From an uncultured Myxococcales bacterium (lineage in GTDB: Bacteria > Myxococcota_A > UBA9042 > DTJE01), in contig CAYRIB010000003.1 of NCBI GenBank assembly GCA_964424165.1, positions 1 to 60,863 of the forward strand: a stretch of 60,863 bases of DNA, read 5' to 3'. The notes beneath the pieces were generated by a model. It made no database searches. It was given only the letters and a program-made list of their open reading frames with translations, and was not told where the DNA came from. A program made the translations under genes and the position numbers. Shown here in pieces: positions 18,373 to 27,615 of this stretch; the stretch's first letter is position 1, and each line of letters opens with the position of its first letter.

Positions 18373-18480
18373 CTTGCGGGGCTCCCCACCACGAATCCTT
18401 GAACTGTAGCACCATTTCCGGGTGCCCACGAAGCGGACGACGGGGGGAGGCTCGTGACTTCACACGGACGTCTGGCATTC

Positions 18481-18532
18481 GTCCACGTCGAGGTCCACGA
18501 CCACGTGCACGTCCACGTCGATGTCCACACGC
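18481..18532. repeat. intergenic array of four GTCCAC(G/A) motifs around a central CACGTG
   Basis: GTCCAC occurs at 18481, 18493, 18511 and 18523. The 11-mer GTCCACGTCGA occurs twice, exactly 30 bp apart. CACGTG sits at 18502..18507. The array lies between the divergent starts at 18372 and 18601. Confidence 0.6.
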
Positions 18533-18600
18533 GACTTTGCCAGGTCGACGCCGGGGCGCGGGGGCCGTATCATGAGAACGCTCTGGGTGGAGAGACATGG

Positions 18601-19581
18601 ATGACGGTGTTCGTGACCGGTGCGACGGGCATGGTGGGGTCCCGACTGGTGTCGGTACTCAACCGGGAGGGCATCGAGCCGCGGGCCCTGGTGCGGCCAG
18701 GGGCCGATACGTCCAACCTCGAGGGACTGCGCTACCAGACCATCACCGGTGACCTTGCTGACCGGGCGGCACTGCTGCGAGGCGTCGATGGGTGCGATTG
18801 GGTGTTCCATTGCGCGGCCACCATCGCCATGTGGGCAGGGGCGCGCGCGCAATCCGAGGCCGTGAACGTGGAGGGTACCCGTGCCATTGTCGAAGTGGCG
18901 ATCCAGGCGGGCGTCGGCCGGTTGATCCACACCTCGTCGGTGGCCACGGTCGGATACCGCACGACCCCGGGGCTGCTGACCGAGGACTCTGCCTACAACT
19001 ATGCGCCTTGGATGACGTACCAGGGCACCAAGCGCGCCGCCGAGGAACTGGTGATTGGGGCTGCCCGCGAAGGCCGCATCGACGCGGTGGCACTGAATCC
19101 CGTTCTGATCGTGGGGCCTGCGGACATCCGGTTGAACGCCGGCCAACTGTTTCGCATGGCGTCACACGGATGGATGCGCATCTACCCACGAGGCGGCTGT
19201 GGGGTCGTGGACCCGGACGATGTGGCCGAGGCGCATCTTCAGGCCGCCCACAAAGGCAAGACGGCAAGCCGCTACCTGCTGTGCGGTGAGAACCTGACCC
19301 ACCGCGATCTCCTGGCACTGATCGCCCGATCGGTCGGTCGATCGCCGCCGCAGCTGCCCCTGCCAGGATGGATGGTACGAGGTGCCGGGCACGCCCTTCA
19401 GGCCGCCGCCGGCATCCTGGGCCGCCGCCCCCTACTGAGCGTGGATCAGGCCTTTTCATCGTCCGTGTTCTTGTGGGCCGACAGCACCCGCGCCCGCGTC
19501 GAACTGGGGTTTCAGGCTCGGGATGCCGCGCAGTGCGTGGCGCGCGAAGCGGCCTGGATGAAGTCGCGAGGCCTATTGTAA
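18601..19581 (+). CDS. NAD-dependent epimerase/dehydratase family protein (dihydroflavonol-reductase / HpnA-like SDR)
   Basis: Trimmed to Met50, giving MTVFVTGATGMVGSRLV. Also VFHCAA and YQGTKRAAE (YxxxK). Confidence 0.85.
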   Translation: MTVFVTGATGMVGSRLVSVLNREGIEPRALVRPGADTSNLEGLRYQTITGDLADRAALLRGVDGCDWVFHCAATIAMWAGARAQSEAVNVEGTRAIVEVAIQAGVGRLIHTSSVATVGYRTTPGLLTEDSAYNYAPWMTYQGTKRAAEELVIGAAREGRIDAVALNPVLIVGPADIRLNAGQLFRMASHGWMRIYPRGGCGVVDPDDVAEAHLQAAHKGKTASRYLLCGENLTHRDLLALIARSVGRSPPQLPLPGWMVRGAGHALQAAAGILGRRPLLSVDQAFSSSVFLWADSTRARVELGFQARDAAQCVAREAAWMKSRGLL

Positions 19582-19587
19582 CGGGGC

Positions 19588-20862
19588 TCAGGCCGAGGTG
19601 ATGCGTTCCAGACCGCCCAGATAGGGCCGCAGAACCGCGGGCACTACGATCGTCCCGTCCTCCTGCTGCCCGTTTTCGAGCAGTGCCACGACCGTGCGCC
19701 CGATGGCCAGGCCCGAACCGTTGATGGTGTGCACCAACCGCGGCTTGGCCCCAGTTTCCGGACGATAACGGATGTTGGCCCGCCGCGCCTGGAAGTCCTC
19801 GAAGTTGCTGCACGACGAGATCTCGCGAAACGCCTTCTGTCCCGGAAGCCAGACCTCGAGGTCGTAGCACTTGGCCGCCCCGAAGCCCAAGTCCCCGGTG
19901 CACAGCGACATCACGCGGTAAGGCAGTTCCAGCGCTTGCAGGATCGCTTCGGCATTGGTCACCAGGGCTTCGTGTTCGTCGTAGGAGGTTTCCGGAGTCA
20001 CGAACTTCACCAACTCGACCTTCTGAAACTGGTGAAGGCGCGTCAGACCCTTGACGTCCTTGCCGTAGGACCCGGCCTCGCGCCGGAAGCAGGCCGAGTA
20101 GGCCACGTACTTCAGCGGAAGCCGGCTGGCATCAAGGATCTCGTCCCGGTGCAGGTTCGTGACCGGGACCTCGGCCGTAGGAATCAGAAACAGATCATCG
20201 GTCGCGACGTAGGCCTCTTCCGCAAACTTCGGAAGCTGGCCCGTACCGGTCATGGATTCCCGGTTCACCACGAACGGGGTCAGCACTTCCTGGTAGCCGT
20301 GACGCTCGGTGTGCATGTCGAGCATCAGGTTCATCAGCGCCCGCTCGAGACGAGCCCCTACGCCCCGATATACCGCGAAGCGCGCGCCCGAGATCTTCCG
20401 GGCAGCTTCGAAGTCCAGTATGCCCAGGCGCTCGCCGAGGTCCCAGTGCTCCTTGGCTTCGAACGGCAATTCTCGAATCGTGCCGACCTGCCGGACCTGC
20501 ACATTGTCGTCAGCCGAGCGGCCCACGGGTACCGAGGCATGCGGCAGATTCGGAATGTTGAGGAGCAGGTCGGACAAGCGGGCCTCGATGGCCTGGACCT
20601 CCTGCTCGAGCGCATCGATGCGCACCCCGATCTCCTTGGATTGCGCTCGCAGGGCATCACGGGCCTCGGCCGTCAACCCGGGCTGCTTGAACCCGTCCGA
20701 GATCCCCTTCTGGTCATGCCGCCACTGATCGCGCTGGGTGACCAGAGAGCGCCGCTGTTCGGACAGGGTCCTTAGGGCCTCGAGGTCAATCTGCCCACCA
20801 CGCAGAGCAAGACGTGAACCAACTTCTTCAAAAGACTCGCAAACTTTTCGAATATCCAGCAT
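19588..20862 (-). CDS. serS: serine--tRNA ligase
   Basis: N-terminal coiled-coil arm (MLDIRKVCESFEEV...) and class II core motifs (FRREAGSYGKDVKGLTRLHQFQKVE, GSGLAIGRTVVALLEN). 424 aa. Confidence 0.95.
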   Translation of the reverse strand: MLDIRKVCESFEEVGSRLALRGGQIDLEALRTLSEQRRSLVTQRDQWRHDQKGISDGFKQPGLTAEARDALRAQSKEIGVRIDALEQEVQAIEARLSDLLLNIPNLPHASVPVGRSADDNVQVRQVGTIRELPFEAKEHWDLGERLGILDFEAARKISGARFAVYRGVGARLERALMNLMLDMHTERHGYQEVLTPFVVNRESMTGTGQLPKFAEEAYVATDDLFLIPTAEVPVTNLHRDEILDASRLPLKYVAYSACFRREAGSYGKDVKGLTRLHQFQKVELVKFVTPETSYDEHEALVTNAEAILQALELPYRVMSLCTGDLGFGAAKCYDLEVWLPGQKAFREISSCSNFEDFQARRANIRYRPETGAKPRLVHTINGSGLAIGRTVVALLENGQQEDGTIVVPAVLRPYLGGLERITSA

Positions 20863-20881
20863 TTATAGCTTCCTGAATGAG

Positions 20882-23089
20882 TCACTCTTCGGGATTGCTC
20901 TCAGGCCCGGGTTCGGACCGCTCACCCGATGGTGCGGTTCCGGTTGCGGTCCCTTCGGGACGACGCCGGCGACCGCCTCGATGTCGTCGCGAACGCTTGG
21001 CCGGGGCTACCGAATCGCCGAGGGGCAGTTCCAGAGGCAGCAGGGTCGGCTGGGGAGTTATCGCCTCGGCAGGTGCCGGTTGCACAGTGGCAGTGGCCTC
21101 CGGGGCGGTCGGCGCCGGTCGCGGCCGACGGCGGTTCGAACGCTCGCCCGCAGCCTTGGGACGTTCTTTCGTCCCGGTCGGCTTGGCGGCCTCTTCGGTC
21201 TTGCCCTCGACCTCCTTGCGCGGCCCGCGTCCGCGTCCACCCCGGCGCCGACTGGGTCGCGGCGATGAGGCGGAAGGAGGCGTCTGGGTCATCGGGGTTG
21301 AAGCTTTCTCGGGCGACTCCAAGGCCGCAGGCGCTGCGGGTTCCCGAGGCGCCATGATGTTTCGAGGGGCCGGTTGCGGGGCCGGCGAAGGGGCAGGGCG
21401 CGCAACCACGGGCGCTTCGACGACCTCGACCTCGGGTTCGAGCCCGATGCCGAAGACACGGCGAAGCAGACCCCCAAGCAGCGACCGTTCACGTTCCGGT
21501 TCCCGCGCCTCGCGCGAGGGCTCCGGGATCGCGGGCGATGCCCGGGGCGTCACCTCGGCCGAATTCGTGTCATCGTCCTCATCCATCACCGCATGGCGCA
21601 ACGACATGCGGTCCGAAGGCACCTCGGGAAGCACACTGACCTTGAGCCCGTCGGGCGCAGAGGCTTCGTCGCCGAGCACGTCCACCATGACGTCGTAACG
21701 CCGTTCCAGGGCCACCAGGTCCTCGCGTTTGCGGTTGTTCAGGAAGTTGGCGACCTGGACCGGGACCTGCACGGCCACGTAAGCCGGTGACTGGGCAGTC
21801 TGCGTCGCCAGACGCTCCTGGACCCGCCGCAGGGCGGACATGGCCAAAATGGCCGGCGATCGGACCCGCCCCGCGCCGTTGCACGTGGGGCACGCCAGGG
21901 TCACCCCGGAATCCACGGATTGGCGGATGCGCTGCCGCGAGAACGGCAGCAACCCGAAGTCCGTGATGTGGCCGAACGACAGGCGTGCCTTGTCACCGGT
22001 GAAGGCCGCGGCGAGTTCCTCCTCGACCTGACGGTTGTGTCCCGGGGTCTCCATGTCGATGAAGTCCACGACGATGATTCCCCCCAGATCACGCAAAACC
22101 ACTTGGCGCGCGATCTCCCGCGCGGCCTCGAGGTTGGTCTGCAGGGCCATGTCGCCGGCCTCCTTCTGGCGGGACCGCCCGGAATTGACGTCGATGGCCA
22201 CCAGGGCTTCGGTCAGCCCGATCACGATGCTCCCACCCGAGGGCAGCGAGACACGGGCGTTCAGCAAGGCATCGATCTGCCGCTCCACCCCGAACTTCAG
22301 GAACAACGGCATGTCGCCCGCATAGCGCTTGAGTTGCTGGCGCCGCTGCGGCATCCGCTGTTCCACGTATCGGGTGAGTTCCTTCCACGACTGATCGTCT
22401 TCGACCAGGATTTCGGACACGTCCTGGGCCAGATAGTCGCGCACAAAGCGCTCGGCCAGCCCCGACTCCACATGCACCTCGCCCGTGCCGTCGAGCTTCT
22501 TGAAGCGCTGGACAAGAGCCTCCCACGTCATCAACAGATGATCGAGGTCCGCCTGGATCTCTTCGAGGCGTTCCCTTTCGCCGGATGTGCGAATGATGGC
22601 ACCGTAACCTTCCGGGAGCTTCAACTGGCTCTTGATGTGCCGCAGGCGCGAACGTTCTTCCTCGTCGAGCTTGCGCGACACGCCCGTCCGGTCCGAGAAG
22701 GGCATGAGTACGGTGAAACGGCCCGGCAGAGACACGTTCATGGTCAGGGCCGCGCCCTTCTTGCCGACCTCTTCCTTGGTCACCTGGACCAGGACCGGGT
22801 CGCCGACGCGCAAACCACTGCGAGTCTTGCCCCGATCGTGGCCGGTCAATTCGGACAGAGAGCGCGAGGTCACGTCCGAGAACGGCAGGAAGCCGTCCTT
22901 GGCGACCCCGTAATCCACGAACGCCGCCTCCAGATTGGTTTCGACGGCCGTCACCTTGCCGCGGTAGAGATTGCCCTTGCGCTTGTGGCTGCCGGAGCTT
23001 TCCATCTCGACGTTCGCAAGACGGTCACCGTCGAGCAGGGCTGCGCGGGCCTCGTAAGGATCAACAGAAATCAGGATTCTCTTGGCCAA
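20882..23089 (-). CDS. rne: ribonuclease E/G family endoribonuclease with Arg/Pro-rich C-terminal tail
   Basis: N-terminal S1 domain (NLYRGKVTAVETNLEAAFVDYG), the catalytic region VIGLTEALVAIDVNSG, and a CPTCNGAG Zn-link. The last 230 aa or so are low-complexity and R/P/A/E-rich. Confidence 0.88.
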   Translation of the reverse strand: MAKRILISVDPYEARAALLDGDRLANVEMESSGSHKRKGNLYRGKVTAVETNLEAAFVDYGVAKDGFLPFSDVTSRSLSELTGHDRGKTRSGLRVGDPVLVQVTKEEVGKKGAALTMNVSLPGRFTVLMPFSDRTGVSRKLDEEERSRLRHIKSQLKLPEGYGAIIRTSGERERLEEIQADLDHLLMTWEALVQRFKKLDGTGEVHVESGLAERFVRDYLAQDVSEILVEDDQSWKELTRYVEQRMPQRRQQLKRYAGDMPLFLKFGVERQIDALLNARVSLPSGGSIVIGLTEALVAIDVNSGRSRQKEAGDMALQTNLEAAREIARQVVLRDLGGIIVVDFIDMETPGHNRQVEEELAAAFTGDKARLSFGHITDFGLLPFSRQRIRQSVDSGVTLACPTCNGAGRVRSPAILAMSALRRVQERLATQTAQSPAYVAVQVPVQVANFLNNRKREDLVALERRYDVMVDVLGDEASAPDGLKVSVLPEVPSDRMSLRHAVMDEDDDTNSAEVTPRASPAIPEPSREAREPERERSLLGGLLRRVFGIGLEPEVEVVEAPVVARPAPSPAPQPAPRNIMAPREPAAPAALESPEKASTPMTQTPPSASSPRPSRRRGGRGRGPRKEVEGKTEEAAKPTGTKERPKAAGERSNRRRPRPAPTAPEATATVQPAPAEAITPQPTLLPLELPLGDSVAPAKRSRRHRGGRRRRPEGTATGTAPSGERSEPGPESNPEE

Positions 23090-23138
23090 TGGTTCTTTCC
23101 TCTCGTGTAAAGCATCGTCTCGTTCTTGCGGGGGTGTT

Positions 23139-23936
23139 CTAGCGTACGGAGACGTCGATACGCAGGATTTGCTGCCCCACCATGATCACTTCGTCCTTTC
23201 CGACGAGCAAACTGCCCCCCTTGCGAATGAAGGTCCCGTTGCGACTCTTGAGGTCCACGAGCGCCAGGCCCTTCGCGGCCGACTCGATCGCGCAGTGGCG
23301 TCGCGACAGAAAGCGGTCCTGGGCGAACAGGACGTCCCCTTCCTCGCGGCCGAGCACGAACGGCAACGCACGGATGGCATAGACATCGCCGTCCTGATCG
23401 TTGCGCAGGATCCGGGTGAGCGTCGCCACAGCCATGAGCTCGCCCTGGGCAGCGTATGGACGAAACTCCTGTTCGGTGAGGCGATCGGCCAGCGACGTAA
23501 AGCGCAGTACCTGTTCGCCCGCCACGAACACGTCGCCGTCGACCAGGAGATGTCGACCGCGGATCTGGGCCAGCACCCCGCCGGTCGTGCTCAGGTCCTT
23601 CACCCACAGTCCCTCGGCTTCGGGCTTCACAAAGGCGTGCTTCGGGCACAGGGTGTCGTCGTCCTCGAAACGCAGATCCCCCGCACCCCGGCCAATCGTC
23701 AGTCCTTCCGGGGGCACTGGATAGATCACGGCGTCGCCCCCTCCCCGCGGCACCCGCACCAGTTGGAACGCAAGTGGTGTGGATGAACTGGATGCGGCAG
23801 GCATCGCCTTGGGCTGGGGGCCGACCGCTGGAGTTGCCTCCTGCGCGACCCGGATCACCTTCGTACCGCATTCCGGACAGAACACGTACCCCGACTGGAG
23901 TTCAACGCCGCAGTTCGCACAGAAGACCGTTGCCAT
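23139..23936 (-). CDS. zinc-ribbon plus tandem FHA-domain protein
   Basis: Trimmed to Met11, giving MATVFCANCGVELQSGYVFCPECG. Two FHA cores are present: LTIGRGAGDLRF...KHAFV and FVLGREEGDVLF...SRRHCAI...DLKSRNGTFI. Confidence 0.8.
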   Translation of the reverse strand: MATVFCANCGVELQSGYVFCPECGTKVIRVAQEATPAVGPQPKAMPAASSSSTPLAFQLVRVPRGGGDAVIYPVPPEGLTIGRGAGDLRFEDDDTLCPKHAFVKPEAEGLWVKDLSTTGGVLAQIRGRHLLVDGDVFVAGEQVLRFTSLADRLTEQEFRPYAAQGELMAVATLTRILRNDQDGDVYAIRALPFVLGREEGDVLFAQDRFLSRRHCAIESAAKGLALVDLKSRNGTFIRKGGSLLVGKDEVIMVGQQILRIDVSVR

Positions 23937-24004
23937 GCCGAGGGTCCCTCGATGCGTCAGCGTCACGAAGTATCGGCCAGGGTTCGGGGATTGTCAATCG
24001 CTCG

Positions 24005-24059
24005 GGGTGTCGTTGGGTGTCGTTGCCGAATTGATCCGGACGCGCCGTTGTTCTATATT
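24005..24059 (+). promoter_or_regulatory. tandem 10-bp repeats plus sigma-70-type promoter candidate upstream of hdrC
   Basis: GGGTGTCGTT occurs twice back to back (24005..24024). Then TTGATC (24031..24036), a 17-nt spacer, and TATATT (24054..24059). This lies 58 nt upstream of the hdrC ATG. Confidence 0.4.
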
Positions 24060-24116
24060 TCGGCGTCGTTCGAGATCAGTGCGACGAAACCGGGTGTCCT
24101 CAAGGGGGGGGGTCGA

Positions 24117-24686
24117 ATGATCCCGTCTGCAGACCACGGTCCCGCCCACGCGACCGAATCGCTCGCGCGGACGATCCGACGAGTGACCGGACTCAACCCG
24201 GCCTGCTGTTATCAGTGCGGCAAGTGCTCGGCCGGGTGTCCGATGGCCGAGGAGTCCTTGCGACCTCACGATGTCATGCGCATGGTCAACCAGGGCGAGG
24301 TGGATCGCCTGCTCGAAGGCCCCGCGATCTGGCTCTGCCTGACCTGCGAGACCTGCACGTCACGCTGCCCGAACGGTTGCGACCCGGCCCGGGTCATGGA
24401 TGCCCTGCGCGAACTCGCGATCCAGCGCGACCCTACCACGGCCCCGAAGCCCATCCGGGCATTCCATCGGGCCTTCTTGAACCAGATCAAGGCCTCGGGC
24501 CGCATCCACGAATTCGGTCTGGTCGCGGCGTTCAAGATGACCGGCGGCCCGCTGTTCCAGGACGTGGCCTCGGCTCCAGGCATGGTTGCGCGCGGCAAGC
24601 TGCCGCTGGTTCCGCATCGCATCGCGGGAGTCGCGGACGTACGGCGGATCTTTGAACGATGCTCCGACCCGGAGGAAACGCGATGA
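24117..24686 (+). CDS. hdrC: heterodisulfide reductase subunit C-like (2x[4Fe-4S])
   Basis: Trimmed to Met56. Motifs CYQCGKCSAGCP and CLTCETCTSRCP. Its stop overlaps the hdrB start (ATGA). Confidence 0.8.
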   Translation: MIPSADHGPAHATESLARTIRRVTGLNPACCYQCGKCSAGCPMAEESLRPHDVMRMVNQGEVDRLLEGPAIWLCLTCETCTSRCPNGCDPARVMDALRELAIQRDPTTAPKPIRAFHRAFLNQIKASGRIHEFGLVAAFKMTGGPLFQDVASAPGMVARGKLPLVPHRIAGVADVRRIFERCSDPEETR

Positions 24687-25579
24687 CGTTCGGCTACTAC
24701 CCCGGCTGTTCGCTGCATGCCACGTCGCGCGAGTTCGACGAGAGTCTGCGGCTGATCTCGGGTCCCCTGGGCATCGATCTCGCGCCGATCGACGACTGGA
24801 ATTGCTGCGGCGCCACCTCGGCCCACGCGACCAACCACCTGCTCAGCGTAGCCTTGTCGGCCCGAAACCTGGCTCTCGCCGAACAACAGGGGCACGCCTC
24901 GGTCCTGGCCCCCTGTGCCGCGTGCTACAACCGCCTGGCCACGGCCCGCCACGAGGTCGCTCAGGATCCGGAACTTGCGGCACGAATGCCCGATCTGATC
25001 GGGCGCCCGTTCGAGAACCGGGTGCGCGTGCTCAACGTGGTAGAAGTCCTGCGCGATCTGGCGCCGGCCATTCGCAACCTTGCCTCGCACCCGCTTCGGG
25101 ACATGAAACTGGCCTGCTACTATGGCTGTCTGCTTGTGCGGCCCGCGGCCGTGACGCATTTCGACGATGCCGAGGACCCGCATTCCATGGAAGAGGTGGT
25201 CGCGGCCACGGGTGCAACGCCCGTAAACTGGCCACAACGGGTCGACTGCTGCGGCGGCGCTTTCTCGCTGGCCCGCACCGGGTCGGTGATCCGCCTGGGC
25301 CGTGCGATCATCGATGGCGCCCGAGCGGCCGGCGCGGATGCCATCGTGGTGGCCTGCCCCATGTGTCATTCGAACCTGGACTTGCGCCAGAAGGCGATCG
25401 CCCGCAAGGACCCGGGCACCTCGGCCATGCCGATCTTGTTCGTCACACAGGTGGTGGGCATGGCTCTTGGCCTGCCCCCCAAATCACTCGGGCTGCAGCG
25501 TCATTTCGTGAACACCACGTCCGTGGTCAGTCGGATGCGCGAGCTTGCGCCCGCCACGTCCACGCAGGAGGGCATCTGA
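24683..25579 (+). CDS. hdrB: heterodisulfide reductase subunit B-like (two CCG domains)
   Basis: MTFGYYPGCSL...DWNCCGA and YYGCLLVRP...VDCCGGAF match the duplicated Cys-rich CCG pattern. Confidence 0.85.
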   Translation: MTFGYYPGCSLHATSREFDESLRLISGPLGIDLAPIDDWNCCGATSAHATNHLLSVALSARNLALAEQQGHASVLAPCAACYNRLATARHEVAQDPELAARMPDLIGRPFENRVRVLNVVEVLRDLAPAIRNLASHPLRDMKLACYYGCLLVRPAAVTHFDDAEDPHSMEEVVAATGATPVNWPQRVDCCGGAFSLARTGSVIRLGRAIIDGARAAGADAIVVACPMCHSNLDLRQKAIARKDPGTSAMPILFVTQVVGMALGLPPKSLGLQRHFVNTTSVVSRMRELAPATSTQEGI

Positions 25580-27600
25580 TGTCGCGCATCGGCGTGTTCG
25601 TTTGCCATTGCGGAGAGAACATCGGTCGCACCGTGGACTGCGCACGCGTGGCCCGGGAACTGGCCAATCTGCCGGGTGTGGTGCACGCAGTCGACTACAA
25701 ATACATGTGCTCGGATCCCGGCCAGGGCCTGGTCCGGCAAGCCATCGCCGAGCACCAACTCACGGGCGTCGTGGTCGCGGCCTGTTCGCCTCACATGCAC
25801 GAGAAGACCTTCCGACGGGCCGCCGCGGGCGCGGGCCTCAACCCGTTCCTGTGCGAGATGGCCAACATCCGCGAGCACTGTTCGTGGATCCACGAGGATC
25901 GCGAGGCCGCGACCGCCAAGGCCATCGACCTGACACGATTGATCGTCGAGAAGGTCAAGCGCAATGTTCCCCTGCAGACCATTCGCATCCCCGTGACTCG
26001 ACGGGCCATGGTCATCGGTGGCGGAATCGCCGGCATCCAGGCCGCGCTCGACATCGCGGACGGAGGACGCGAGGTGGTGCTGATCGAAAAGGGTCCATCG
26101 ATCGGCGGCCACATGAGCCAACTGTCCGAAACCTTCCCCACGCTCGATTGCAGTCAGTGCATCCTGACCCCGCGCATGGTCGAGGTCTACCAGCACCCGC
26201 GCATCCGGCTCATGACCTACAGCGAGGTCGAGTCGGTCGACGGCTACATCGGCAATTTCCGGGTCACGGTACGCCGCAAGGCGCGCAGCATCGACGAATC
26301 CTTGTGCAACGGCTGCGGGGCATGCATCACGGCCTGCCCGAACAAACGCATCCCGAGCGAATTCGACTGCGGACTCGGCAAGCGAACGGCCGTCTACGTG
26401 CCATTTCCGCAGGCCGTGCCGAACATCCCGGTGATCGATCGCGAGCGCTGCACGCTCTTCGTGGCCCGGTCCAAGGGCAAGAAGGATGCCTGCATGAAAT
26501 GCCAGACGGCCTGCACCCGGGGCGCCATCGCCTTTGATCAGCAGGACGCCTTGGTCACCGAGGACGTGGGCGCGATCGTGGTGGCCACCGGGTATCAGTT
26601 GTACGACATCGGTCGTGCCCAGCCCAAGGCCGATCTGCGCGGCTACGGCGAGTACGGCTACGGCACCATCCCCGACGTCATCGACGGCCTGCAGTTCGAA
26701 CGGCTTGCATCCGCATCCGGACCGACCGGCGGACGCATTTTGCGACCTTCGGACGGCAAGGAACCCAAGCGCGTGGTGTTTCTGCAGTGCATCGGGTCGC
26801 GCGAACCGTCCAAGGGCATCGAATACTGCAGCAAGATCTGCTGCATGTACGTGGCCAAGCACACGATGCTGTACCACCACAAGGTACACGATGGTGCCGC
26901 AACCGTGTTCTACATGGACATTCGAGCCGCGGGCAAGGGCTACGACGAGTTCAGCCGCCGCGCCATCGAGGAAGATGGGGCCTCCTACGTGCGGGGCCGC
27001 GTGTCCAAGCTGTACCGCGACGGCGACGTGATCAAGGTGGTGGGATTCGATACCCTCAACAACGCCCCGATCGTGATCGACGCGGACATGGTGGTGCTCG
27101 CCACGGCCATGCGCCCGCAGCCAGGCATCGAGGCCCTGGCCCAGAAGCTGTCCGTGTCGTACGACCGGCACGGCTTCATCAACGAGGCACATCCCAAGCT
27201 GCGCCCGGTCGAAACGAACACGGCCGGGGTCTTTGTGGCCGGGGCATGCCAGGCCCCTCGCGACATCCCGGACGCGGTGGCCATGGCCTCGGCTGCGGCC
27301 AGCAAAGTGCTCGGGCTGTTCGCCAACGAGGAACTCGAGCGCGAACCGACCGTGGCCCGCGTAGACCCCGCTCTGTGCACCGGCTGCTTCCACTGCGAAC
27401 GCGTGTGTGCCTATGGGGCGGTAGAACGCCGCGAGGTCAAGGACCGGCAGGGCAGGGTGGTACGCGTGGTGGCCGAGGTGAACGGAGGCGTCTGCCAGGG
27501 CTGCGGCACGTGCCAGGCCACCTGTCCTTCCAAGAGCGTGGAACTCCAGGGCTTCAGCGACGAGCAGATCTTCGCCCAGATCAACGCGTTTCTGGGCTAG
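25579..27600 (+). CDS. hdrA: heterodisulfide reductase subunit A-like FAD/FeS flavoprotein
   Basis: The ATG at 25579 shares one nt with the hdrB stop (TGATG). Motifs: VFVCHCGENIG, FAD-binding VIGGGIAGIQAALDIADGG, and ferredoxin motifs CNGCGACITACP and CTGCFHCERVC/CQGCGTCQATCP. 673 aa with no in-frame stop. Confidence 0.9.
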   Translation: MSRIGVFVCHCGENIGRTVDCARVARELANLPGVVHAVDYKYMCSDPGQGLVRQAIAEHQLTGVVVAACSPHMHEKTFRRAAAGAGLNPFLCEMANIREHCSWIHEDREAATAKAIDLTRLIVEKVKRNVPLQTIRIPVTRRAMVIGGGIAGIQAALDIADGGREVVLIEKGPSIGGHMSQLSETFPTLDCSQCILTPRMVEVYQHPRIRLMTYSEVESVDGYIGNFRVTVRRKARSIDESLCNGCGACITACPNKRIPSEFDCGLGKRTAVYVPFPQAVPNIPVIDRERCTLFVARSKGKKDACMKCQTACTRGAIAFDQQDALVTEDVGAIVVATGYQLYDIGRAQPKADLRGYGEYGYGTIPDVIDGLQFERLASASGPTGGRILRPSDGKEPKRVVFLQCIGSREPSKGIEYCSKICCMYVAKHTMLYHHKVHDGAATVFYMDIRAAGKGYDEFSRRAIEEDGASYVRGRVSKLYRDGDVIKVVGFDTLNNAPIVIDADMVVLATAMRPQPGIEALAQKLSVSYDRHGFINEAHPKLRPVETNTAGVFVAGACQAPRDIPDAVAMASAAASKVLGLFANEELEREPTVARVDPALCTGCFHCERVCAYGAVERREVKDRQGRVVRVVAEVNGGVCQGCGTCQATCPSKSVELQGFSDEQIFAQINAFLG

Positions 27601-27615
27601 CTGCGGGAGGAACAC

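Noticed and set aside
18454-18600. His/Val-rich N-terminal extension (HVEVHDHVHVHVDVH) of the epimerase ORF, as a possible metal-binding tag.
   Set aside because: The Rossmann motif MTVFVTGATG begins at the internal ATG 18601, as is typical for this family. The extension is produced by the GTCCAC repeat array, which is better explained as intergenic regulatory DNA.
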